From: Candidatus Nomurabacteria bacterium
GTDB lineage: Bacteria > Patescibacteriota > Minisyncoccia > Phycocordibacterales > UBA5272
Length of the DNA stretch: 57,815 nucleotides
NCBI GenBank assembly: GCA_040376695.1
Contig: JBEIQD010000004.1
Span: 1-57,815, forward strand
Direction: 5' to 3'
The position numbers were made by a program, and so were the translations under genes. Position 1 is the stretch's first letter, and each line of letters begins with the position of its first letter. The notes under the pieces were generated by a model. The model ran no database searches. It was not told the origin of the DNA and was given only the letters and a program-made list of their open reading frames with translations. Below are positions 42,630 through 51,018 of the stretch, piece by piece.

Positions 42630-43430
42630 TTATTCACCTCCCTGTTCCATCATTTCTTTCCATGCTTTATAATCCGCTTCTGCTTTCTCCTCTGCTGACA
42701 TCTCAACTTTCTGTTCTTGACCGCCTTTCTCGTCAAGGTCGATTTGAGTGCCTGCTTCCAAGAATGCTTTGAATGCTTCTAACTGTTCATCTGAGAATGA
42801 CTTGACCAAGACTTTCATAGATTCTTCCTGTGCCGGAATAACCTTTTCTGAAAATTCTGTGACGATAGCCTGTGCCTTAGCTTCAAGTTCTTTCTCTGCG
42901 AATGCTTTCAATTGTTCTTCCATCTCGCTAAACTTAGAAAGATATTCTGCTTCAATCTGCTTTCGCATTTCAACTAATTTTTCTTCTTCCATCTCTTTAA
43001 CACCTCCGTCCTCTTTGAACATTTTAGCTCCTTTAAGTTGTGGGAATGCCACGATAGAAACCTCTCGTAAACGAGTCGGCTTGCTCCCTTTTTGATAAAA
43101 GCTAACCGATAGTTTTTGATTGAGCTTCTGTTCCACTCGTTCACGCCACTTAGAATCTACGATGTCAAGCTCGCCCATAAGGTTGTTACCATCAACCCAT
43201 ACATTGCGAACGAAACCAACGGTGTCTTTAGCCGAGCTAGAGTGGTCGATTTGAATTGGTGTCGGGTCATCGTTATCGAATGACTTAGCTAATGTGTGCA
43301 AGTCTTCTACGGTGTAATCTACATTACGATGTTTTCCGGCAGAGAATAAGATACCCGTCTTTGTAGACTTTGCTTCCTCCCCTTCAATACTTTCAAAATT
43401 AATTACACTTTCAAATTCAAACATATCCAT
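42630..43430 (-). CDS. prohead serine protease (HK97/S78-like) fused to a coiled-coil scaffolding domain
   Basis: PIQIDHSSS...GFVRNVWVDGNNLMGELDI...LSVSF...LREVSIVAFPQLKGA fits the S78 pattern; C-terminal EEKLVEMRKQIEAE... coiled coil; ATG 43430 after GGAGGTGAAATA. Confidence 0.6.
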   Translation of the reverse strand: MDMFEFESVINFESIEGEEAKSTKTGILFSAGKHRNVDYTVEDLHTLAKSFDNDDPTPIQIDHSSSAKDTVGFVRNVWVDGNNLMGELDIVDSKWRERVEQKLNQKLSVSFYQKGSKPTRLREVSIVAFPQLKGAKMFKEDGGVKEMEEEKLVEMRKQIEAEYLSKFSEMEEQLKAFAEKELEAKAQAIVTEFSEKVIPAQEESMKVLVKSFSDEQLEAFKAFLEAGTQIDLDEKGGQEQKVEMSAEEKAEADYKAWKEMMEQGGE

Positions 43431-43461
43431 TATTTCACCTCCGTTGCAAACCGTATGAATT

Positions 43462-43490
43462 ATGATAACAAGCTGTTTACTTGCTTTCAA
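43462..43490 (-). promoter_or_regulatory. Sigma-A-like promoter for the morphogenesis operon (TTGAAA-17-TGtTATCAT)
   Basis: Minus strand ttgaaagcaagtaaacagcttgttatcat; extended -10 TG. Confidence 0.5.
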
Positions 43491-43536
43491 AACCAAGGTA
43501 TATAGTTCATTAATGTTTTAGTATAGTATACTGCTA

Positions 43537-43565
43537 TTGACAGTATTTATAGATATATATATAAT
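43537..43565 (+). promoter_or_regulatory. Perfect sigma-A consensus promoter (TTGACA-17-TATAAT)
   Basis: ttgacagtatttatagatatatatataat; spacer counted as 17 nt; points at the dCMP deaminase gene. Confidence 0.65.
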
Positions 43566-43738
43566 GGGGTTAAGGGGGTTATAACCGGTTAAGTAACTTG
43601 TTAAGTAACAGGTTTAGATACATAATAATATAGGGTATGTTATAACTAGTTAATAAAAAAGAATATAAAGAATAATATAAAAGAGAATAGTTTAATAATA
43701 ATTTAATAAGGGTAATAGATAGTAAAGGAGGAGAAAGC

Positions 43739-44200
43739 ATGAAGTATAATAAAAAAGAATTAGAACCTAAGTTTCGTTTATATTATTTAGACATTACAGA
43801 GAGAGTAGCATCTCTTAGTACTTGTAAAAGAGCTAATGTAGGATGTGTTATAGTCAAGGATAATAAAATCATTAGTACAGGTTATAACGGTTCAGTAAGG
43901 GGAGCAAGCCATTGTTCAGATGTAGGTTGCTTGATGGTCGATGACCACTGTATGCGCTGTCTCCATGCTGAGGTTAATGCGATTGCCTTTGCTGAGAAAG
44001 ACGATTTAAAACGGGCTACATTGTTTTGCACTCATAAACCATGCCTATCTTGTTTCAATCTCTTAGCCCAAGTCGGTATAACAGATGTAGTTTATATCAA
44101 CGACTATGGCAAGAGCGAGCCAAAGGTTGAAGAATATTATTGGCAGATTAAAAGAACCCGTGGTATCACTTTCCATAAAGGTGATACAGACTACTACTAA
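43739..44200 (+). CDS. dCMP deaminase (ComEB-like)
   Basis: Zinc motifs CLHAEVNAI and THKPCLSCFNLL. Confidence 0.85.
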   Translation: MKYNKKELEPKFRLYYLDITERVASLSTCKRANVGCVIVKDNKIISTGYNGSVRGASHCSDVGCLMVDDHCMRCLHAEVNAIAFAEKDDLKRATLFCTHKPCLSCFNLLAQVGITDVVYINDYGKSEPKVEEYYWQIKRTRGITFHKGDTDYY

Positions 44201-44203
44201 GGA

Positions 44204-44410
44204 GTGATACAGATGGATGATGATTTCTTTTATGGTGTTATAGTGAAAAGTTATCGTGTTGTTTACTACCAGTTTGATAACGGTCATTTAACAAAGATTG
44301 TACAAAGAGACGAGATGGGTTATTGGGAAGCACGGAAGTTTCTGAAATCAATTCGTAAAATCACACCGTATGATAAAGACCAGTATCAGATTGAAAAATA
44401 TTACTACTGA
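44204..44410 (+). CDS. hypothetical protein (68 aa)
   Basis: ORF with SD. Confidence 0.5.
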   Translation: MIQMDDDFFYGVIVKSYRVVYYQFDNGHLTKIVQRDEMGYWEARKFLKSIRKITPYDKDQYQIEKYYY

Positions 44411-44422
44411 GGAGGAAGCGGA

Positions 44423-44767
44423 ATGAGTAAGCAAGTTGAGATTGGATATGTTAACACGAACTATTTTGGAAAAAAGTTTCAAGAGGGTCAGATGGTATAC
44501 TGCTTCTTCCAAGACTATGACACGTTCTACCGGGTTGAAACTCTTGACGGTTGGGAATCAGATTATCTTGCTCTTGAAGAAATTACACTGGAACGTGAGC
44601 TAGCCGCTTTTAAGCCGGTTGGTAAAACGTTTATTGATTTTAATGGAACCGAGTATATCATTATGGAAGACTTAGGATTGTCAGTATATGCCGATACCGG
44701 TACGAAGATTATGCTGTTCAGCAAGTTAGAGATTATGTTCTGGAAAGAAAAAAAGAAGAAGCGTTAA
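44423..44767 (+). CDS. hypothetical protein (114 aa)
   Basis: GAGGAGG SD; its stop overlaps the converging MuF stop (TTAA). Confidence 0.55.
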   Translation: MSKQVEIGYVNTNYFGKKFQEGQMVYCFFQDYDTFYRVETLDGWESDYLALEEITLERELAAFKPVGKTFIDFNGTEYIIMEDLGLSVYADTGTKIMLFSKLEIMFWKEKKKKR

Positions 44768-45480
44768 GCCCCTTCTTCCTCTTGCGAAACTGTATTAGCG
44801 ATAATCAAGCCCTCGACTAGTACAGCAAACAGTAAGTCAATGAATCCATTGTAGTTAGGATTGAAGTCTGGTTCTGCCGGTGCTTCTTGTGACTCTGTTT
44901 CCTCGACATCTTCCTCGACTGGAATCCACAATGAACGACAATTGAAGTGAGCCGGAATCAAGTAAGGAATACGAGGGTCATCTTTCAAATAGATGTTGCC
45001 ATCTCTACTCTTACAGATTTCGGTTGTTTTATTATCTAGTACAGCGCTGTATTCTAACTTCTGTACAGTGTCATCTTGCAAGTAGTAAGCGAGAGAGCCA
45101 AGGGCGTAACCCCGTGTTGATTCGGTTCTTACAATGGTTCTAGCGTGGTTCATCGAGTAGACCTTATCGACGTATTCATTCAAGCTCTTGCCGATGTCCT
45201 GTGCTGATTTACCTTGCTGTAGCCCGTCTGCAACGATTTGTTTTACTGCGAAAGCATTTGATTCATCGTAGAACTTACTCAGCTCGAAAGCATACGTCCG
45301 TACTACACGGTCAACCTCTGCATCTACTTTAGGGTCATACTTGGCGAACAAGTCCTTGTCATAGATGTTTTTGAAGTCTTCATCAAAATCAGATGTTAAA
45401 CTATCTTTAGAGACGACTGCCCCATGCAAGATTGAACTTAGAATCATTTTTTGAATAATCTTTCCACTCTCCTTTGTCAT
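44764..45480 (-). CDS. MuF/SPP1 gp7-like minor head (head morphogenesis) protein; frame open upstream to 45669 without any start codon
   Basis: TTEICKSRDGNIY...PAHFNCRSLWIP motif of the Phage_Mu_F family. 63 additional in-frame sense codons upstream lack ATG/GTG/TTG. Confidence 0.7.
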   Translation of the reverse strand: MTKESGKIIQKMILSSILHGAVVSKDSLTSDFDEDFKNIYDKDLFAKYDPKVDAEVDRVVRTYAFELSKFYDESNAFAVKQIVADGLQQGKSAQDIGKSLNEYVDKVYSMNHARTIVRTESTRGYALGSLAYYLQDDTVQKLEYSAVLDNKTTEICKSRDGNIYLKDDPRIPYLIPAHFNCRSLWIPVEEDVEETESQEAPAEPDFNPNYNGFIDLLFAVLVEGLIIANTVSQEEEGA

Positions 45481-45647
45481 CGGGATAATAAAGTCGCTAA
45501 AGTCAATTTCTTCCTTCTCTAACAGACTAGCAATCCGTTCCTTAGTGAGCCGTACCTTTTTACCGGTGACGGCTTCACTTTGTTTAAGGAACTCATCTTC
45601 TAGTCCATCGAATACCTGTTCCGACGCTTTAGCGTATGTTGAGAAGG

Positions 45648-47129
45648 TTACAACTTTAAATCGTCGTCCTCAGCTAGATTGACAGAGCGCTCACGTTCTA
45701 CTGATGCTCGTTCATCCTTTGTCTGACCTGTACCCTTTGGTTTAGAAGGTTTGCCTACCTTTGGAGCATTAGAGCCTAATGAAGATGAACCTGTTGGTCT
45801 AGTCTGCCCACCTGTAGCACCTTCATCAGCGCCTTTAGTATAGTAGTCAGAAAGTGCTTCTGCTTGGGTAATCTCAGCTTCAACGAGTCGGTCAAGAGTG
45901 TCCTTAACTTCTTCTGATGCAGGCTCGAATCCAAGAGCTTCACGAATCCATGGTTCAGTAGGAAGCAATGCACCTGCTGTGATTTGAGAAATGATAGTGT
46001 CGTTAAGAACTTTCATGTCTTTATCAACGAGCGGGCTGAATGTGATTTTCGGATATTCGTCCGGGTTAGGGAAGTTATAGTCGATTAAGTCTCTGATGAC
46101 TTGTTCTTCTAGCATAGCTTTAATGTCTCGTTGTAAAGCGTTGAGCTTCATCATAAATACGTCCATCTGGTTACTAGACAAGGCATATGAGCCGGCAATC
46201 GCTTTACTTGATGCTACAAGCATTGAAGGAATGTTCATGCTCTCATAGATAGAGCGAGAGTGATATTCTAGTACAGCTACCCAGTCAACGTTCTGCTGTG
46301 GTTGAATCGCTGTAATGGTATCTTCACCGCTAATAGCAAGCGATGTCATAGCGTTCAGTTTGGAAAGCAGTTGCTTCATCTTACCAGTGTTCTTAGCATC
46401 TTGTACTTGTCCGATAATCAACGGCGTACCGTATCGTTCATAAGCGACGTTAGCGAACTTCAAGATTTTATCCTTGATGTACCAGTTCTTGTAACAAGCC
46501 TTTAACTCTGATTCACCGTACATATTGCCAAAGCGTTTGTTGTTGACGAACCAGATGATTTTCTGTTTCGGCATCTCAACATGATAAGCACCAATACGCT
46601 GTGTGATATGGACGACGTTACCATATGAGTCAGTCCGGATTGTTACTGTTGTCGGGTCTAACGTTTTAAACTTTTTCAGCATAATCTTACTGCCGAATTG
46701 TTTTGTCTGGCGACGTTCGTAAACTTTTTCAGTAGCGGAATAACCGTACTCTAAGCAGGTCATCATCTCCATTAGATAGTCCTCGATATTACCTTCAAGG
46801 TCGTCGAAGTTCTTTTTAATGAAATCTGCTAACTCCTTGTTACTTTCGTCGTCTACTGTGATTTGAAATCCTCGACTCAGTACTGACAGCTTTAGGACGT
46901 TCAACGCTGACTTGATTACGGCATCTTTCATCATCTTGTCATAGACGGAAAGGTCGAACTCGTCAAAGTTTAAATCGTCGTAAATGTCAATTCCATAGTC
47001 TTTGTGTGGGTCGGAATATGCCGTTAGTTCTAACGACAAGTCACGTAACTCCGCTTCAAGCGCACGTTTAGCTTGTTGCTCTGCGCTCTCAACATCTCTG
47101 TCTTTTCCGAATGGGAATTTAAAAGCCAT
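45648..47129 (-). CDS. portal protein
   Basis: 493 aa, adjacent to the MuF-like gene, acidic/charged C-terminus; size and context typical. Confidence 0.7.
   Translation of the reverse strand: MAFKFPFGKDRDVESAEQQAKRALEAELRDLSLELTAYSDPHKDYGIDIYDDLNFDEFDLSVYDKMMKDAVIKSALNVLKLSVLSRGFQITVDDESNKELADFIKKNFDDLEGNIEDYLMEMMTCLEYGYSATEKVYERRQTKQFGSKIMLKKFKTLDPTTVTIRTDSYGNVVHITQRIGAYHVEMPKQKIIWFVNNKRFGNMYGESELKACYKNWYIKDKILKFANVAYERYGTPLIIGQVQDAKNTGKMKQLLSKLNAMTSLAISGEDTITAIQPQQNVDWVAVLEYHSRSIYESMNIPSMLVASSKAIAGSYALSSNQMDVFMMKLNALQRDIKAMLEEQVIRDLIDYNFPNPDEYPKITFSPLVDKDMKVLNDTIISQITAGALLPTEPWIREALGFEPASEEVKDTLDRLVEAEITQAEALSDYYTKGADEGATGGQTRPTGSSSLGSNAPKVGKPSKPKGTGQTKDERASVERERSVNLAEDDDLKL
45654..45660 (-). 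promoter_or_regulatory. Candidate -1 slippery heptamer T_TTA_AAG at the end of the portal gene
   Basis: Sense strand gaT TTA AAG ttg taa; the -1 frame is the MuF frame. Confidence 0.5.
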
Positions 47130-47167
47130 TTACCTTGCACCTCCATGTGGTTTACATTTCTTTGGTT

Positions 47168-47191
47168 CGGGGTAAGTATTAGTATACCCTC
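47168..47191. promoter_or_regulatory. Near-palindromic double box (CGGGGTAAGTATTAGTATACCCTC) in the divergent region
   Basis: Reads as a box in both orientations (GGGGTAAGTATTAGTATA / GAGGGTATACTAATACTTA). Confidence 0.5.
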
Positions 47192-47196
47192 ACACC

Positions 47197-47218
47197 AAGG
47201 TATAAAATTAGTTAAGGA
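47197..47218 (+). promoter_or_regulatory. Box variant (AAGGTATAAAATTAGTTAAGGA) abutting the SD
   Basis: Directly upstream of the 47231 start. Confidence 0.4.
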
Positions 47219-47230
47219 GAGTGGATTATA

Positions 47231-47647
47231 ATGAACGATATTCAACGGATGGTAATTGTAGAAACAATGAAAGAAGCGGAAGATAAAATCTCAGAGATTA
47301 CAGCTCTTATGCTTGAACTTGGTTTTGAAGTGTTTGACCGAGAGGAGCAAGAGGATGTTGATGTAATTCCTTATCTCGACCGGATGAAAGAGATTCATGC
47401 AAAGGGTGATGTCATTCTCGAAGACCTAGAGCAAGAAGTTATGAATATGCCGGAAGATATGCAGGAATGGGATTTTACCGGTGACAAAGAATACATCGGC
47501 TATCACGAAGGTATCTATGCACATCTTAACATCATCTTAGCGACCGTTGAAGAAGTCATTGAAACCTGTGTCATCCTCGATTACGAGACAACCCTTAAAT
47601 GGGCATATGAGAATGATATGATTGCAGATGAAGAGGAGGGCGAATAA
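47231..47647 (+). CDS. highly acidic hypothetical protein (138 aa)
   Basis: Very D/E-rich; first gene of the long plus operon. Confidence 0.55.
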   Translation: MNDIQRMVIVETMKEAEDKISEITALMLELGFEVFDREEQEDVDVIPYLDRMKEIHAKGDVILEDLEQEVMNMPEDMQEWDFTGDKEYIGYHEGIYAHLNIILATVEEVIETCVILDYETTLKWAYENDMIADEEEGE

Positions 47648-48507
47648 TGTTTACAGCAGATATGATTTGGGCAACTTACGCTCATTTAATTGATGACATC
47701 GGGGTTAGTGATGCTAACCGGGCTGTCCGGGCTAAGTGGGGTGATACCGGGGAACTGGCAACATCTCATATGTTACCGTCAGCAGGGCATCATACTTTCA
47801 ACGTAGGAGAAGGCGATTTCGGTTTGACTACAATCAAACACGTTCCTACTAAGAAAGCGATTGACGAGATTCGATGGATTTATCAAGATAAGTGTAATGA
47901 TGTTTATTTGCTCGAAGAAAAGTATGGAATTAAATGGTGGCGCTCTTGGGCTTATGCAGATGGTTCAATTGGAAAGAGCTATGGTTATCAAATCGCAAAC
48001 AAAAAGCGAGATGTACGAATTGATGGAAAATTAGTTCAGCTTGACCAGATGGACTGGCTCTTATACAAATTAAAGAACAGCCCAGACCGTCGGATGATTA
48101 TGTCAATGTTCTCACCAGAAGATGAACACAATAAAGCATTGCAAGAATGTGCTTATGAAACGATTTGGACTGTCCGGGGAGACGAGCTGAACATGATGCT
48201 CATTCAACGGTCATCAGATTACTTTGTAGCAGGAGCTATCAATCAATTCCAATACTGCTGTCTCCTAGCAATGGTAGCCCATGCAACCGGCTATAAAGTG
48301 GGTGTAATGGAATACGTTATCGCTGACTTGCATATGTATGACCGTCATCGAGAACAGGTTATGGAGATTAGTAAGCGTGAACCGAAGGAGCAACCAAAGG
48401 TCAAGTTGAAAGAGGATGCACCGAAAGACTTCTACAAAATCACTAGTGACCACTTTGAAATTGAATATGAATCCTACCCACCGGATAAAATGGATGTAGC
48501 GATTTAA
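47647..48507 (+). CDS. thyA: thymidylate synthase family protein (ThyA-like, divergent active-site loop)
   Basis: SPDRRMIMS, ALQECAYE (Cys retained, Pro/His lost), IQRSSDYFVAGAINQFQY (Asn retained), ADLHMYDRH. Confidence 0.75.
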   Translation: MFTADMIWATYAHLIDDIGVSDANRAVRAKWGDTGELATSHMLPSAGHHTFNVGEGDFGLTTIKHVPTKKAIDEIRWIYQDKCNDVYLLEEKYGIKWWRSWAYADGSIGKSYGYQIANKKRDVRIDGKLVQLDQMDWLLYKLKNSPDRRMIMSMFSPEDEHNKALQECAYETIWTVRGDELNMMLIQRSSDYFVAGAINQFQYCCLLAMVAHATGYKVGVMEYVIADLHMYDRHREQVMEISKREPKEQPKVKLKEDAPKDFYKITSDHFEIEYESYPPDKMDVAI

Positions 48508-48513
48508 GCACTT

Positions 48514-48543
48514 GCCTACCTTGGTTTTGAGGTAGGCTTTTTG
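48514..48543 (+). terminator. Rho-independent terminator after thyA
   Basis: GCCTACC-10 nt-GGTAGGC followed by TTTTTG. Confidence 0.7.
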
Positions 48544-48569
48544 TGTTACTAATATAGGAGGTGGCTAAT

Positions 48570-49304
48570 ATGTCAGAAAGAAAACCGAGACGCTATAACA
48601 AGCGTAGCGAAATTATGAAAGAGGTTACAAGTAAAATGCAGGACGATTTAGAGCGTGGTGACTTCCAAGTACAAGCGTTGAGACGAGAGGACTTAAAAGA
48701 TATTCAAACATTATATTCAGACTCACCGGAGACAGCTATCGAGCGCTACAATGAGCTTGTAGACGAGCTTGAAGATTCCCCGGTCTTTTGTGGTTATCCG
48801 ACCTTTAACGGAGAACAAATGTTATTGTGCGATAAGAAACCATGGACGAACAATCAAGGCGTTTGTAATGGTCGTTGTATGGAACATCACCGGGAAGGTC
48901 AATTGCAGTACGCCGATAAGAGTGTGGTTCACATTCGTTCGGATATGGCTAAGAGCATCTATCTCACATATCCGGCAATGCGATTTACATTACAGGAGAA
49001 AGCGCTTTATATCAGTACAATGAATTGGTTTGTACAGATGGATGAACGGGCTACACCTTTAGACATCATGGTGTTAGACCGTGGTTTGAGAGCCTTTATT
49101 AATGCTGTACGGATGGAGAGCCGGGTAGGTATGGATGCAGTACCGACGACTCGTAAAGAAGACCAAGACTTTGATATTAAGTTCTTGAAGTGCATCACTA
49201 CCCTAGGGTTAGACCGGAAGTTCCGGTTACAACAAGAAGGAAAGGAGCAAGCTGTTAAAGGGGCTACAAGCATCTTTGACATGATGATGGAGGATGATGA
49301 ATAA
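48570..49304 (+). CDS. possible small terminase subunit (244 aa)
   Basis: Basic N-terminus, ATGA overlap with the large terminase; assignment by position only. Confidence 0.35.
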   Translation: MSERKPRRYNKRSEIMKEVTSKMQDDLERGDFQVQALRREDLKDIQTLYSDSPETAIERYNELVDELEDSPVFCGYPTFNGEQMLLCDKKPWTNNQGVCNGRCMEHHREGQLQYADKSVVHIRSDMAKSIYLTYPAMRFTLQEKALYISTMNWFVQMDERATPLDIMVLDRGLRAFINAVRMESRVGMDAVPTTRKEDQDFDIKFLKCITTLGLDRKFRLQQEGKEQAVKGATSIFDMMMEDDE

Positions 49305-50962
49305 TGGACAGAAAGGAACTAGCTAAGAAGCTAAAAGACCCGTTATTTTTTACGGAGTATACCGGTACAATCAAGGGTAAGCCGTTTACATTTGCCGGAC
49401 ACGAACCGAATAAAGCGGTCTACTCTGACCGTTCACCACGGGTAATTGTAGTAGCCGGACGGCAGGTTGCAAAGAGTGAAACGTGTGTACGATTACTATT
49501 GGCTAAAGCCTTTGTAAACCCTCATTACACATTCACTTACGGCTCTCCTATCGACACGATTACAAACCGTTTCCAAGCTGACCGGTTCCGTCCTGCTATC
49601 AAAGATGGACGACATAATCTATTGGAGAACGCCGTTGAGAAAGGTCGTGACTTACTCTCTGCAACACGATTCAAAAATAATACTATCATCTACTTTACTT
49701 CTTTGTACGGAGACGGAGACAGCGCCCGGGGTATTGCCGGTGATATTGTGTTCTTTGATGAAGTACAGGATGTCAGTCAGAATGCGATTGAGAACACGAT
49801 TAAGAACACCAGTCACTCACAGGTTTATTACGAGGAGTACGAGATTCGTGGTCAATCTTATTTCTTTGGCACACCGAAGGAAGCAGGCTCGTATTACCAG
49901 ACAATGTGGATGCTGTCGGACATGAAGAAATGGTATGTCACCTGTACTAATACAGATTGCTGTGAGGAGCAGTTAGTGACGTTTAACCATATCAAACAGA
50001 TTCCAGACAAACCAGACCGCTACCGGTTCGAGTGCCACTATTGTGGAACAGAGCTAGACCGGAATAACGGACGATGGATTGCTACTAACCCGGATGCACA
50101 CCCCGGTTGGAGCGGCTATCACTACAGTCAGTTATACTTCCCTCACAACACGGCTACATCCATTATGATGGATTATCGTACAATGTCTGCTGACCGTTTC
50201 TCGAATGAGGTTTTAGGAGAGTTTTACAGTGGTTCTAAGAAGCCATTGACACGGGAAGTAATCGACCGTAACTCAGACTATACAAAGGGCATGGAGTTCC
50301 AATCAGAAGACTTCACTTACATGGGAGTTGACTGGGGTGGAGGAGTAGCGAGTAAAACTATCGTTCATATCATTCGACCAACCGATGATGACCGGTTCGA
50401 GATTATCTATGCAGAGGAAATTCGGGAACAGGACTTTGAGAAGAAGTTGCAGTACATCCTGCAATTACAACACCAGTATAGAGTCGAGAAGACCGTCGTT
50501 GACTTAGGTTACGGGGCGTATGAGAATGATTGGCTGTATAACCAGATGGGCAGTATGGTTAACGCTTGTCGTTACAGCAACTTTGAACGAGAACCTCACA
50601 AAAGGAAGCGAGACGGAAAGAATATCATCATGGTTGACCGGACGTTCATCATTGACAAGATTGTAGACTTGTTCCATAAAGAGCGCTTCATCCTACCGAG
50701 ACAGAACAAAGCAGAGTGGGAAATCTTTATCGACCATTATACAGCTATCGAAGTCGAGTACAAGGTCAGCCAATCGGGAACAGGTAAAAAGATTTACACC
50801 CATAAGACACCAGATGATTCACTACACGCTTTAACGTATGCTTACTTGGCTTGGAGAGAGTCTAGTAATACCTTCACTTATGATTTCAATGAGCGAGACA
50901 CGTTAGAAGTAGGAGACATTCTGACAGCGATGGGAGAGGACGATTTACCAAGTTGGGGCTAA
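49304..50962 (+). CDS. terL: terminase large subunit
   Basis: Walker A VVAGRQVAKSE, Walker B IVFFDEVQD; C-terminal nuclease-like region; 552 aa. Confidence 0.85.
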   Translation: MDRKELAKKLKDPLFFTEYTGTIKGKPFTFAGHEPNKAVYSDRSPRVIVVAGRQVAKSETCVRLLLAKAFVNPHYTFTYGSPIDTITNRFQADRFRPAIKDGRHNLLENAVEKGRDLLSATRFKNNTIIYFTSLYGDGDSARGIAGDIVFFDEVQDVSQNAIENTIKNTSHSQVYYEEYEIRGQSYFFGTPKEAGSYYQTMWMLSDMKKWYVTCTNTDCCEEQLVTFNHIKQIPDKPDRYRFECHYCGTELDRNNGRWIATNPDAHPGWSGYHYSQLYFPHNTATSIMMDYRTMSADRFSNEVLGEFYSGSKKPLTREVIDRNSDYTKGMEFQSEDFTYMGVDWGGGVASKTIVHIIRPTDDDRFEIIYAEEIREQDFEKKLQYILQLQHQYRVEKTVVDLGYGAYENDWLYNQMGSMVNACRYSNFEREPHKRKRDGKNIIMVDRTFIIDKIVDLFHKERFILPRQNKAEWEIFIDHYTAIEVEYKVSQSGTGKKIYTHKTPDDSLHALTYAYLAWRESSNTFTYDFNERDTLEVGDILTAMGEDDLPSWG

Positions 50963-50978
50963 GATGTTTAGCCCTTTT
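50955..50978 (+). terminator. Rho-independent terminator overlapping the terL stop
   Basis: GGGCTAA-gatgt-TTAGCCC followed by TTTTT. Confidence 0.65.
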
Positions 50979-50982
50979 TCTT

Positions 50983-51004
50983 TTGGGTATATATTAGTAT
51001 ACGA
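50983..51004 (+). promoter_or_regulatory. Conserved box (TTGGGTATATATTAGTATACGA)
   Basis: 14 nt upstream of ATG 51019, followed by GAGGAGG. Confidence 0.55.
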
Positions 51005-51018
51005 GAGGAGGAGATAAG

